From NCBI GenBank assembly GCA_965204735.1, contig OZ242008.1, positions 2,432,001 through 2,496,000 of the forward strand: a stretch of 64,000 bases of DNA. Reading direction: 5' to 3'. The stretch's first letter is position 1. Each line of letters begins with the position of its first letter. The notes under the pieces are model-generated. The model ran no database searches and was not told where the DNA came from. It saw nothing but the letters and a program-made list of their open reading frames with translations. This DNA is from Longimicrobiales bacterium. GTDB taxonomy: Bacteria > Gemmatimonadota > Gemmatimonadetes > Longimicrobiales > Gaopeijiaceae. The position numbers and the translations under genes are program-made. Positions 38,801-48,198 of this stretch are shown here, piece by piece.

Positions 38801-40923
38801 GGCTCCGCGCCGCTCCTGGCGTCTTCCTTGTCCCCGAGAGCCCGGCGAAGAACCGACACGGTGGCCTTGGGCTCCTTGTCGCTGTCGGGGACCATCCCGA
38901 CGGCGTGAAACCCCAGCGTGTCCGCAAAGACGAAGGCGTAGTGCGGCTCGAGTCCCGGAAGCATCGCAGGGAACATGGCCCCGTCGAGCACGCCGAACTC
39001 CTTTCGGATGTCCCGCGGGCGCATCTGCTCGGAGAAGGCGGCGTGGAGCACCAAGTTGTCGTAGGCGACGTGCCACGCCACCCTCAGGGGATGGCCGGGC
39101 AGGACGATCAAGCCGACGAGCCGACCGGACTGGGACTGGACCTCGACGGTGTTGGCCAGCGCCAGGGTCGGATCGTCCGCCGCCTCGTATAGGAGAGCCG
39201 TCCAAGCCCTCAGGTACTCCGTCACGTCCGCGAATCCGAGGACCTGGTCGTCGTAGACCTGACCGACGCCGCCAAAGTCGTCGAAGCGGGCCCTCATCTT
39301 CTGGCAGGTCTTCTCCATCTTCGCCCAATGGCCGGCCGTCACGCCTTCCGGACGAGCCAGCGGAACGAACTCCGGGTAGCCCACCCGTTCCCCGGACGCC
39401 CTCACCTTCACCCGCCAACGGCCGACTACGCCGCCGCTGATCCGCCACTGCTCCTCGACGTCCTTGATCAGCGACGGCCTCTGGACGCGAAAGCCGATCC
39501 GCTTGGTGGGCGACCTCCACTTGAGGAAGCCCTTGGCGTTCTTAGGCCGCCCGCCGTCGAGAGACGTCAGCCGAGCAACCTCTTCCCGACTGCCAAGGTC
39601 GATCAGCCCCTCGACAAAAGTGCGATGGAGCCTTCCCCCAACGCCGACCTCGGACTCCGCCGGTTGGCCGAAGCGTATCTCGAAATCCTCTGTCGCCTGC
39701 CGTGCCACGGTTTCCGCGCCCGGAACCTGGACCACGACCCGGGCCGGCACCACTGCATCTTCGGGAAGCGTCGCGAAGTCTTCTCCCACGAACGCGGACT
39801 TCTCAGTGGCAGTCCCCTTGTGGACGACCTCTCGGTAGGCCAACTCGTCGTCGCCTGTCGCGGTCATCACGCTCACCCGGTAGTGGACCGATTCCTTGGG
39901 CAGGCGCGCCGGACGAGTCTTCCAGCGGACCTCGAGCTTCGATTTGTCTTGGGTCGAGTCCGGATCGACGATCAGCCGCGGCGGCTCGTCGGCAGCGACG
40001 GGTTCGGCCAGTCCGCTCCACTTCAGCATGCGCCCGGTCTTGCTGCGCCAGGGCAGGAGCTGGATTTCGCGAATCTCGTCGAAGGCGTCTTCCACCTGCA
40101 GCTCGTTTACCCACAGGTGTCTCTTCTCCGACAGCGCCGCGAGGGCTTCTTGGCGCAGCTTTGGTACTTCGTCGCGGAGAAAGCGCTCCAGGTCTGCGAG
40201 CTGCCGATCCGTGGGGTCGAGGAGCCGCAGGGTCGCGATGCGTTCGGCGGGCATGAGTCCCGACGCGCCGGAGCCAAAGAGATGCTCGACAAACCGTTGC
40301 GAGGTGTCGAGATCGTCCACCGATTCCTGTCCGAGCCGACCTGCAACTGGCCACAGTCCCAACAGGTGCAGGTAGGCGCCTGCATGCCTTTTGTTTGCGG
40401 CAACCCGGCAGTAGAAGTCGTAGATCGTCCAGGGCGACACGCTGTCCCTGCCGCCAACTGCGCGGGCCTTGCCGACGGCCTTCTCCGCGTACTCTCGGTG
40501 CTTCCTCGACAGCTGCTTGGTTATCTCTCCTGCGGCGGTCGGGTGTGCGATACCGAACAGCTCTTGCTCGTCAACCTCTTGGGCTGCGTTGTAGATGCCG
40601 TCCATCCCGGCGCCAGCGCGATCCGTGTCCACGAGAAGCAGAGTCTGGCCTTCCTTGGCTTCCCGCAGTTCGACCGCCCAGTCCGCCGTGATCGTACGCG
40701 ACTCGGCGTCGGCAGCGTCCGCGACGCGAAGTATCTTCCACTCGTTCAGGTCGAAGTTGGCGTCGTGCGCCAGCAGCACCACGACATCGGGGGTCAGGCA
40801 CCGGACGAACGCCATCGTGCCGGGCCCCGGCTCGCCGAGGATCTTGGCAAACGACGCCGCAAACAAACTCCCGTGGGCGTAGGTCCAATCGTCAAACCCG
40901 AACTTCCCACTTGGCCGCGTCAC
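35812..40923 (-). CDS. Large defence ATPase, MAD8/DndH(DptH)-like, with a PD-(D/E)xK-like motif and a C-terminal HerA/FtsK-type ATPase
   Basis: 1703 aa; RPDIIYV...FVEVKYR; Walker A GLPGMGKT; Walker B VVFDEAH; ECRKYGVSLVLASQ; start overlaps the upstream stop. Confidence 0.75.
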   Translation of the reverse strand: MTRPSGKFGFDDWTYAHGSLFAASFAKILGEPGPGTMAFVRCLTPDVVVLLAHDANFDLNEWKILRVADAADAESRTITADWAVELREAKEGQTLLLVDTDRAGAGMDGIYNAAQEVDEQELFGIAHPTAAGEITKQLSRKHREYAEKAVGKARAVGGRDSVSPWTIYDFYCRVAANKRHAGAYLHLLGLWPVAGRLGQESVDDLDTSQRFVEHLFGSGASGLMPAERIATLRLLDPTDRQLADLERFLRDEVPKLRQEALAALSEKRHLWVNELQVEDAFDEIREIQLLPWRSKTGRMLKWSGLAEPVAADEPPRLIVDPDSTQDKSKLEVRWKTRPARLPKESVHYRVSVMTATGDDELAYREVVHKGTATEKSAFVGEDFATLPEDAVVPARVVVQVPGAETVARQATEDFEIRFGQPAESEVGVGGRLHRTFVEGLIDLGSREEVARLTSLDGGRPKNAKGFLKWRSPTKRIGFRVQRPSLIKDVEEQWRISGGVVGRWRVKVRASGERVGYPEFVPLARPEGVTAGHWAKMEKTCQKMRARFDDFGGVGQVYDDQVLGFADVTEYLRAWTALLYEAADDPTLALANTVEVQSQSGRLVGLIVLPGHPLRVAWHVAYDNLVLHAAFSEQMRPRDIRKEFGVLDGAMFPAMLPGLEPHYAFVFADTLGFHAVGMVPDSDKEPKATVSVLRRALGDKEDARSGAEPSVGTRSADVLGTEILKYMECHDGCRTLRVHALRAGDGRTVARALGKAAKELDEQERKESDNGTGDRAGKGVSFVLELYPSQRTREAGIVGRFIAERQERRRRRAGTVADQDRWLLKSLSLPGGVRVPRLRWARKEQAEPAEPAHLAIAFDTFESRVHADDADPRSRPFHAFGLLSFFDREYWSSPEPNWRSAVPAWNEGDKHPGNRTHTDRLMRLQNHVQRLVTQGLGAGEGVPVLRTRISGDKEASLATLHKLADWVVTLDRNAGVEYFDSPNDNKEIYDAYVIDCVPEREDLGCLQLITSTTNLDEVQGLLNQALDRMGLSRSRSNAEFLMNQLKALSGRLAIRLTGRNVPASELIALALVQAKCAASEAGNPCWTSLRDGFFVPVDDVRDLLPPLAPTTGASRGVPRPDIIYVTNAPRKGLMFRFVEVKYRRHLRTARSLEVTRAVRKQTASLRKGWFAWYNDAAAQSFRAVRRAKLARVLRFYADKARRHALADERHQALVAEIDRMVGKGDAYAFVDEPGADLGWVFCPEYAESAPQRLSPPDDDIGVYLFGPSGLPDLEGRRRSPRPRSSGVPEPDHPVGQPVAEPTGAEQPSLEPDVASATSNAPSPPLSGEPAALATTVQNGGAVRDQAPASPRESAIVLGADRFKREQVTWKLTVKGNPHLLVAGLPGMGKTTCLLNLCRQMLDHGVRPIVFSYHQDLDEKLEEIVGSIRFVDFDGLGFNPLHIPDRTAHRPYLNVAGALRDIFVAIYPGLGDLQGEAIRSAVKESFVREGWADPGVDPTELREPPFKRFFEILADQENRDSGLANLLVRLEELNDYGFFDVGKAHGSLWESGEPTVIRIHRSQSDGLQKAFSSLILYGLYKDMFRRGVQDRITHAVVFDEAHRAARLNVVPTMAKECRKYGVSLVLASQEARDFHKSVFSAVANYLVLRLTDADAKALVRNVADSRQEKALIDKIKQMKRFRALYFREGSALPDHVDLLNYTDPL

Positions 40924-42752
40924 GGCTTCTCTCCAAACCGAGGTCGCAAGCGCTTCATCGCTTCCGCGTCGTTGACTCCGACCAGAAGGCCTAAGTCCCG
41001 GAGTCTACGCTCCAGGCAGCTCCGATTCGCTTGCAACACGGCGTTGGAAACCATCATTCCCGGCGGCGCTTGGTCGACGCAGAAGCCGTACCGCTCGCGA
41101 AGGACGGCGATGAATTCCCCGAACGACACCGCACGAAGACTCTTGCCCGAGCCCGATGGCAGCACATGGCGGTGCACTAAGTACTCCAAGACTGTATCGG
41201 TGAAGATCATCGACCGCACCACGCGGCTCTGGGGGCCAGGCGAGCCGGACGCCTTGCGCCTGGTCCGACGCTTGGTTGCCAGGCCGTTCGGACGATCCAT
41301 GTGCAGCGACGAATCCACAAGCTCACGCATGTGCGTTTGTATCTTCCGACCTTGCCACGACGTCAGCGCCTCCGCCAGCCGCCATACGGGATTGGGTTGA
41401 ACGTCAGCGCGGCGCAACTCCTCGGCAACGGCGGGGTAGTCGTTCTCGCTTGCCTCGGCCAGCTCGAGAGAGAGATCGTCAAAGCCGTCCAAGATTCGAC
41501 GAGACTCCCGACACCGATCGTGAACCACCTCGCCCAGGAAGTCAATCCACTCCTTTGCTACGGGACTCGAGGACAGCTCGTCCCTCTTGAAACGCTTCTG
41601 CACCGCACTGTTGTTGCGACTCCGATAGTCAAGCAGTCGAAGGGCCATCAACACGACCGGGAGACGCTCGAGCTTGCGGAGGTACTCGTCCATCGACTGT
41701 TCCGCGATGCTCCGAAGCCCTCGGTCCGCTCCTGCCGAAGTGTCCACAAACACGGACGAAGGCGACTTGTCCGCCAAATCTCCCGTGGCAGCCCAGCCCA
41801 GCACGACCTCCACGACACCGGCAACGATCGACGAGAGGCCTACGGCCATGCACGACTCGGTCATCTCCACGAACGCCTGCCTGGGCACGCTTGACTCATA
41901 CGCTCGCAAGAACTTGCGGATGTCCTCCGAGAACGCCCTCGAGACCTGGAACGCTATGGGACGCCTGTTGGGAATCGCAGCACCGCCTTTTCCCTTCATC
42001 GACGCCGGCGCCGCTTCTAGCGCCTGCGCGAGTCGGATCGTCAGCAGTTGGTCGATGCCGACCGCCTCGTCTTCGTCGAAGCAGTCGGCTGCCAGGTTGC
42101 CAACTGTGGAGCGACGTCGCATTCCCTTGCTGACAGCCCTGAGAAGGACGTTCTCGGTAAAAATGTCGTCCTCTGGTCTTCCCACGACAGGAAACCAAGT
42201 GCGCTTGCCGCCGTTTGTGGTCTCTCGGACGTAGTCCGTTTTCTGATTCGCCAGAATGGCAACGATTGTCTCCGGAACGTGGCGCAGGTTCACAACATGA
42301 TCTGGAAGGTCGATCCATGCCGCCATGTAGTGGGCGGGCGCCACGCGCTGGATTGGCTTTGATCGGCCCAGTTCGTATCCTCGGTTCTCCAGGCAGTAGC
42401 ACAGCAGGAGGTCGCCCAAGATCGCCTTCTCGACTTCGCCCTTGAACCCAAGGAAGTCGGAGGCGTCCTCGCGGGCCAGGCTCGAGGCCACCGACTGCAC
42501 CGTCGTGTTGCGCTTCCGGTGGCTCTTGGTGCCCTCCGCAGGCCCGAAGGTCTCGACAAAGCGGCCCGGCCCCCGACGCTGGCCGAAGCGAAACATGTAG
42601 AAGACGGCCGGCAAGACGGCGGACAGATCGAAGGCCAGCACCGAGATCGGCAGGACCTTCTCGTAGCTGTGCGACCATATCTCCCTGGTCATCCGGGAAC
42701 CGAGCACCTCGGCCGCCACCTCCCGGGGCGTGGCCCCCACGGCGTCACTCAT
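40920..42752 (-). CDS. MAD7/DndG(DptG)-like defence protein
   Basis: 610 aa; translationally coupled between the kinase-ATPase and the large ATPase; C-terminal FIAVLRERYGF...LERRLRDLGLL..VNDA resembles DndG/MAD7-type C-termini. Assignment rests mainly on position and size. Confidence 0.6.
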   Translation of the reverse strand: MSDAVGATPREVAAEVLGSRMTREIWSHSYEKVLPISVLAFDLSAVLPAVFYMFRFGQRRGPGRFVETFGPAEGTKSHRKRNTTVQSVASSLAREDASDFLGFKGEVEKAILGDLLLCYCLENRGYELGRSKPIQRVAPAHYMAAWIDLPDHVVNLRHVPETIVAILANQKTDYVRETTNGGKRTWFPVVGRPEDDIFTENVLLRAVSKGMRRRSTVGNLAADCFDEDEAVGIDQLLTIRLAQALEAAPASMKGKGGAAIPNRRPIAFQVSRAFSEDIRKFLRAYESSVPRQAFVEMTESCMAVGLSSIVAGVVEVVLGWAATGDLADKSPSSVFVDTSAGADRGLRSIAEQSMDEYLRKLERLPVVLMALRLLDYRSRNNSAVQKRFKRDELSSSPVAKEWIDFLGEVVHDRCRESRRILDGFDDLSLELAEASENDYPAVAEELRRADVQPNPVWRLAEALTSWQGRKIQTHMRELVDSSLHMDRPNGLATKRRTRRKASGSPGPQSRVVRSMIFTDTVLEYLVHRHVLPSGSGKSLRAVSFGEFIAVLRERYGFCVDQAPPGMMVSNAVLQANRSCLERRLRDLGLLVGVNDAEAMKRLRPRFGEKP

Positions 42753-45700
42753 GGTCGCCTCCTTCGTTTTCGATCACTAGCCGCTGGCGGGGAGAGCCCG
42801 GCTCGCTTCGGTCGATCACGGCTTTGATCCGGTAGGTCGCATCGTCGCGGATCGGGTTCCAGGCCACCAGCTCCCGGTCGTCTTCCCGGAGGAGGCGCTG
42901 GAGGAATATCGAGAGGTTCGCAAAGGTGTCGTCCGTCGAGACGTCGCCAAGCTGGTAGCCTTCCCCGAGCTCCAGAAGACGGTGGAAGAGCTCCGCGCCC
43001 ATGCGCAGTCGTTCCTCCAGGCCGCTGTCGCGCCGATAGACGAGATGGACGCATCGGTGAAGCAGAGAGAGTGGTCCCCTCGGGAACGACCGATTTCCGT
43101 CAGCCGTCGGGGGTGGCAACTCCGACTCCAGCCGGAATCGCGCAATCGGCTTTTCGGACCAGAACGCGGTCTCGGTGGGGGTGCGCGGCTGAATGCGAAG
43201 GGGAACCACGTCGTCGCGCCGCAAGGCCTGCGCTGGCAGGTCGCCCAGACGCGCGATCCCGCGGCAAAGATCGGTGCGCAGCTGGGCGCGGGCTTCGGCG
43301 TCGAGGAACGGCGCCTCTCGGAAACGCCGGATGTGGCGTCCCTGGGTCAAGCCGACGTCGTTCGTCTCGAAGTAGGCCCGTCGCCGGGCGGACGCCAGTC
43401 GCCGGGAGGCGTCTCGACCGTCTGGGGCGTCCTGCTCCAGGAGCAGCCTTCTGTCGACTTTGGGATCGGCGTCCAGAGCCGGGTCCAAGCGAACGAACTC
43501 GGCCAGCACCTCGCCCTGGCGGGCCGGCGACAACGGGTCGAAAGCCCTGTCCCAGTAAGCCCGGGAGGCGCTGCCGGCCTTCCCCTCGTGGTAGTCCGAG
43601 CAGTACTCGGTGCCGAAGAGAACGTACACCAGGGCGCCACGGAGCTCGCGGACGGTGATGTGGGTCTCTCCCCGGAAGTGAACGGCCTGCAACGCTTCGA
43701 AGAGACGCTGGCGAGCCGTCGTTCGCAACTTGTCGTCCTCCGAAAGGCCGGCGGGACCAAAGAGCCGGGTCGTCTGATACACGCCGCAGGCGTCTTGGGC
43801 GGAGCACGTGACGCAGGGCTCCCACTTCGCGACAGCGTCTTCGCCACCGTAGAGGCTGTCCACCAAGCGGTTCAGGAAGTCCGTCTTGATCGTCCCGGCG
43901 TTCCAGTCGATCCCTCCGACGTGGGAGCGGTCGTTCAAGCTGTAGAAGGCGATGTGGTCCTGGGCCGAAGCTTGGTCGTCGGCCGAAGCGTTGGCGCCCA
44001 GGCGTTCCAGCAGGGCACGGGTAAGTGCCGTTTCCCCGACATGCTCGATCCACTCCAGCAGGCGACCGTCGTTGACCGCCAGGAGGTGCACGACGTCTTC
44101 CTTTGGCGGGCCGTCCTGGAACGGCGCCAGGAAGTCGTCCAGCAGATCGTTGGCGGAACGACCCTCCCAAGCCGCCGAGCCGTCCAGGTTCACGCGAACG
44201 CGAAGTCCGTCCTCGACCACCCCTTCAAGAATGCGCTTGGCGGAACGGTGGCTGCCAAGTCCAAGTTTCTGGGCCAAGTGCTGGAGCAGCGCGGTCTTGC
44301 CGTCGCCTGCGTTGCCGCATAGCACCACGAGGCGCACCTGCCGGCCCCGCACTTCGTCGTAGAGAACTTTCTCGAGTTCCGTCTCGACGTAGGTACGCTT
44401 CGCAAAATCGCTGTCCAGGCCGCGGGTCTCCCGGTTGCCCCAGCGCGAACCGGGGTAGGACTGCAACAGGGAGCACAGCCACTCGGCTTCGTTCGGCGAG
44501 CGCTCGGCGGGCGCGACGACCGGCAGCGCAGGAGGTGGAGGCGACGGCGCCGAAACGTCGATCTCGCGAGAAGTCGGCTGATCGTCCCCCGGCGGCTCCT
44601 GGGTTTCGGCGGCGTCGGCAGGACGCGGCGTCTTCAACGCTTCGATGGCTTCGGCGCCCGAGGAGAAGCGCTGGGCGGAATCAGGGGCGGTGGCGCGATC
44701 CATGAACTCGGCCGCCCGCGGATAGGCGGCTCGGTTCCCGTGCTCCCAGTTCAGACCGCGTTCCTTCACTTGGCTTGTGTCGTGAACGAAGGGCTCTTTG
44801 TCGAAGAGCACATGAAAGAAGCTGGCCGCAAGCGCAAAGAAATCGTCGGACGGCTGGGCCTCTCCCTTGCGAACGCGGTTCGGCGAGCCGTATAGGACGG
44901 CGCCGGGCGACACCGGAGACTCGCCGATGGGCGTGACGAAGTCGTAGTCGGTCAGGACAAGGTGGTTCTTCGTCTGGTCCGGCTGCCCGAAGTCCTGCGT
45001 TCTGGAGACGATGACGTTGCCCGGGCTCACGTCTCCGTGCACCAACCCGTTGCGGTGCAGCACGGCCAACGCTTCGCACATCTCGCGCAGCCAGCGGAGA
45101 ACCAGCTCCTCAGCCTCCTCGTCCTGGTCCTCGGCGAGCAGTGGGACCACGCCGCCATAGTCGGCCAGCGCCGAGCCCTCGATCCAGGTCGCCAGGGCAA
45201 CGAACTCGTTGTCCCGCCACTCCGGCGCGACTTCGAAGACGGCGGCAAGCCCCGGGTGCCGGCTCACCGGCTGCCGAGCCCGTCGATAGCCTTGGCGAAC
45301 CTGCTCGCCGGTCGCCTCGTCGCTCACGACCTTGCCGACGAACGTGCCCACTTCCCGTCCCGTGGAGTCGTCAAGCTCGACCACCTTGAAGGCGGTCCCC
45401 ACTCCCCCCGACCCCAGGCGAGCCACCACGCGGTAGGTGCCGTTCCGGAAACGCACTTCCTGATCCTCGGTCCAGAACCGAGCCGCGGGAACAGCCGCTC
45501 GCGGAACATCCTGCCCCAGGAACGCTGCGAACTCGCTTGCCAGCTCCTCCAGAGACGGACGGTCCTCCGGCGGGCCCAGCCCTCTCGCAAGGACGCTCTT
45601 GACCTCGGGCGCCTGCCAGCCGTCGCTGCTCTCGTAGCCTGCGAAGAGCACGTGGAGGGACGCGCACAAGGAGTAGATGTCGGAGCGCTGGTCCGCGGCG

Positions 45701-46824
45701 GACAGGCCGTGTTCCCGCACCTCCGGCGCAACGCCTTCGTCGTGCTCGCGGACCTGGTATCCGGCGAGACTCGGGCTGTGAGCCACAGGGGTGCCAACAT
45801 GCTCGAATCCGGTGAGGACCGGCGAGTTGTCGTGCTTCACCAGGATCGTCCGGGGCGACAGGTTCCGGTGCACCAGTCCCAGCCCGTCGGCCGATTCGTG
45901 AAGCTCCTTTACGGCAATGATCGCCTGGCGGGCGAAGTCGAGGCGTTGCTTCAGTCCCCACGACTCGTCGGCAGCCCGCTCCTTGGCGCTGGGCACGGCC
46001 GGGTCCACGACCGTGAAGAACTTCATCTCGCCGCGGTACCCCGGGGCGTCCTGAAACGAGTCCAGGATCCGGGGCGCCCACCGGAAGCGCGACAGCTGAT
46101 GGTGAAGCGCGTCGTGCTCGCGCCGCGCCGCCCGCTCTGGATTTCCCGCCACGCCGGCGGACATGTCGTACAGGTGGAGGAACACCCGATCCTTTCGCGA
46201 CGAGTGCATCCCCTTGTAGATGCGGTGAAACGCTTCTTCCTCCGGCGTCTGCAGCTCGAGGTTCACGTAGCCGGCAAGCCTCCTGAGCGGCAGAGAGCCG
46301 TCGATGGCGATTCCGCTTCTGGTCGTCAGCTCCTTCGCCAGCCTCTTCACCTGCTGCTGCGAAAGCACCGGAGGTTCGTCTGGCCGGAGCGCCGACCGCC
46401 ACTCCTTCAGAGGATGAAACTCGACTCCTCTCACCTTCCTGCGGCTCGTCAGCCGCTTCACCTTGGAAGCCGGACGGGTCAGCAGGACCACGCCGTCCAC
46501 ATGAGGAAGGCTGGGCACGATCCTGCGGAGCGTGGTGCCGATCTTGCTGGCCTTGGTCGTGATCCGGTCGGCCTCGTCTTCCGCCATGTCGGCATGGGCG
46601 TCGCTCCAGTGCTTGACCTCGACCACCCGAACGCCGGGCGGGCCGATCGCCACCATGTCGATCTCTGCGGATTGAAGCTGGTGAGTGACGGAGAACATCA
46701 GATTTGTCAGCAAACACCAGTAATCGTCACCTGGCAGGGAGATCAGGCCGGCCTTGACCTTCTCCAGCGCCCGGCGCTCGCTCTCGGTGACGGCGGGGCC
46801 GCAGGGAACGGGGACGGCCCTCAC
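42745..46824 (-). CDS. NERD nuclease-domain / tandem Ser/Thr kinase / P-loop NTPase protein (MAD6-like; DndF-like C-terminus)
   Basis: EIDMVAIGPPGVRVVEVKHW (NERD); kinase 1 HRNLSPRTILV/TGFE (degenerate); kinase 2 GSGGVG, K, HGDVSPGNV, TDYD; P-loop GNAGDGKT, LAVNDGRL; GTG at 46824 inferred. Confidence 0.8.
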   Translation of the reverse strand: MRAVPVPCGPAVTESERRALEKVKAGLISLPGDDYWCLLTNLMFSVTHQLQSAEIDMVAIGPPGVRVVEVKHWSDAHADMAEDEADRITTKASKIGTTLRRIVPSLPHVDGVVLLTRPASKVKRLTSRRKVRGVEFHPLKEWRSALRPDEPPVLSQQQVKRLAKELTTRSGIAIDGSLPLRRLAGYVNLELQTPEEEAFHRIYKGMHSSRKDRVFLHLYDMSAGVAGNPERAARREHDALHHQLSRFRWAPRILDSFQDAPGYRGEMKFFTVVDPAVPSAKERAADESWGLKQRLDFARQAIIAVKELHESADGLGLVHRNLSPRTILVKHDNSPVLTGFEHVGTPVAHSPSLAGYQVREHDEGVAPEVREHGLSAADQRSDIYSLCASLHVLFAGYESSDGWQAPEVKSVLARGLGPPEDRPSLEELASEFAAFLGQDVPRAAVPAARFWTEDQEVRFRNGTYRVVARLGSGGVGTAFKVVELDDSTGREVGTFVGKVVSDEATGEQVRQGYRRARQPVSRHPGLAAVFEVAPEWRDNEFVALATWIEGSALADYGGVVPLLAEDQDEEAEELVLRWLREMCEALAVLHRNGLVHGDVSPGNVIVSRTQDFGQPDQTKNHLVLTDYDFVTPIGESPVSPGAVLYGSPNRVRKGEAQPSDDFFALAASFFHVLFDKEPFVHDTSQVKERGLNWEHGNRAAYPRAAEFMDRATAPDSAQRFSSGAEAIEALKTPRPADAAETQEPPGDDQPTSREIDVSAPSPPPPALPVVAPAERSPNEAEWLCSLLQSYPGSRWGNRETRGLDSDFAKRTYVETELEKVLYDEVRGRQVRLVVLCGNAGDGKTALLQHLAQKLGLGSHRSAKRILEGVVEDGLRVRVNLDGSAAWEGRSANDLLDDFLAPFQDGPPKEDVVHLLAVNDGRLLEWIEHVGETALTRALLERLGANASADDQASAQDHIAFYSLNDRSHVGGIDWNAGTIKTDFLNRLVDSLYGGEDAVAKWEPCVTCSAQDACGVYQTTRLFGPAGLSEDDKLRTTARQRLFEALQAVHFRGETHITVRELRGALVYVLFGTEYCSDYHEGKAGSASRAYWDRAFDPLSPARQGEVLAEFVRLDPALDADPKVDRRLLLEQDAPDGRDASRRLASARRRAYFETNDVGLTQGRHIRRFREAPFLDAEARAQLRTDLCRGIARLGDLPAQALRRDDVVPLRIQPRTPTETAFWSEKPIARFRLESELPPPTADGNRSFPRGPLSLLHRCVHLVYRRDSGLEERLRMGAELFHRLLELGEGYQLGDVSTDDTFANLSIFLQRLLREDDRELVAWNPIRDDATYRIKAVIDRSEPGSPRQRLVIENEGGDHE

Positions 46825-46962
46825 AGCCCTGCGCTCGTCGGCGGTACTGCGCTCGTCGCGGGCCCTGCGTTCATAAGGTGGTCTTTGGGGGGACGGGTGG
46901 GCGGGAACAGCTGCTCGGGCGGGCAACAGGATAGAAGGCGGCAGGACGGCAAGCAAGCCGGC

Positions 46963-48156
46963 TCACTCGATCGACGGTCCCACGGGCTGCAGGACTTGGG
47001 CCAGCTGCCTCAAGGGCACGGCTCGCACGCCATCCGCGAGGCGGTAGTCGGCCGCGCCCGCGTGCACGACGTCCAGCCGGTCGAGCTTCAGCGCGTCCAT
47101 GGCCGAACGCATGGAGCGGGTCAGGCGGGGCGACTCGGAGCGCTTGACCTCGAAGCCGTGGCGTCGCGTGCCGTCGACGATCAGCAGGTCCACTTCGGCG
47201 CCCGTGTGCGTAGACCAGTGGAAGCACTGCTCCGGCGAAGCGCCCGTCAGGTGGGTGATCTGCTGCACCACGAAGCCCTCCCACGACGCGCCGACCCTTG
47301 GATGCGAGAGCACGTCTTCGCGGGTGGTCAACCCCAGCAGCGCGTGCAGGATTCCCGAATCGCCGACGTACACCTTTGGCGAGCGCACTTGCCGCTTTGC
47401 GATGTTCTCGAACCAGGGCTGAAGCTGTCGGACAACGAAGACGGAGGTCAGCAGGTCCAGATAGCGTCGCACCGTGGTGTGAGCGACGCCGAACGCCCTG
47501 CCGAACTCCGATCCGTTCCACACCTGACCGTGCCAGTGGGCCAGCATCGTCCAGAAGCGCCGGAGGGTGACCGGCGACGTTCCGGCCTGGAACTCCCGCA
47601 CGTCCCGGGAGAGGAAGGTGCGGATGAAGTCGTCGCGCCAACGGCGGCTGGCGGGAAGCGAGCCGGCCAAGTACGAGCGGGGGAAACCTCCCCGCAGCCA
47701 CAGGCGGTCGGCGTCGGCGACCTCCTTCAGCCCGAAGCCGTCGAGTTCGTGGAACGCCACCCGGCCGGCCAAAGTCTCCGAACTCTGGCGGAGGAGCTCC
47801 GGGGATGCGCTCCCCAGCACGAGAAAGCGGGCGGGAACCCCGGGTCGGTCCGCCAGAACCCGAAGAAGTCCAAATACGTCCGGGAGGCGGTGAATCTCGT
47901 CCAGCACGACCAAGCCGCGGAGGGGTCGGAGCTCCAGGCCGGGCTCGGCCAGCCGGGCGAGGTCGACAGGGTCCTCCAGATCGAACCAGGCGACTGGTGC
48001 TCCGTGCGAGGCGGCGAGCCGTCGCGCGAGGGTCGTCTTCCCCACCTGTCGCGGGCCGACAAGGGCGACGACGGGAGACTCGCCCAGCAGCAGGCGCACG
48101 CGCCGCAGATGGTCTTCTCGGGGAACGTCGGTCGTCGTTCGGGAAGTGGTCATCAT
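46963..48156 (-). CDS. AAA_14-type ATPase with a C-terminal DUF4143-like domain
   Basis: GPRQVGKTT, LDEIH, LGSAS, ETLAGR, WLRGGFP, SPKVYVGDSG, GASWEG, EVDL..FEVK. Confidence 0.88.
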   Translation of the reverse strand: MMTTSRTTTDVPREDHLRRVRLLLGESPVVALVGPRQVGKTTLARRLAASHGAPVAWFDLEDPVDLARLAEPGLELRPLRGLVVLDEIHRLPDVFGLLRVLADRPGVPARFLVLGSASPELLRQSSETLAGRVAFHELDGFGLKEVADADRLWLRGGFPRSYLAGSLPASRRWRDDFIRTFLSRDVREFQAGTSPVTLRRFWTMLAHWHGQVWNGSEFGRAFGVAHTTVRRYLDLLTSVFVVRQLQPWFENIAKRQVRSPKVYVGDSGILHALLGLTTREDVLSHPRVGASWEGFVVQQITHLTGASPEQCFHWSTHTGAEVDLLIVDGTRRHGFEVKRSESPRLTRSMRSAMDALKLDRLDVVHAGAADYRLADGVRAVPLRQLAQVLQPVGPSIE

Positions 48157-48198
48157 TGAAAAATGAACAGATGGCGCACAGATTTCAATGATGCATCC

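Noticed and set aside
35791..39192. Very long antisense/alternative-frame ORFs (e.g. 35791..39192 +, 59312..63184 +, 30549..34229 -, 44962..48159 +)
   Set aside because: They are shadows of real genes caused by high GC and stop-codon scarcity; the translations lack recognisable motifs.
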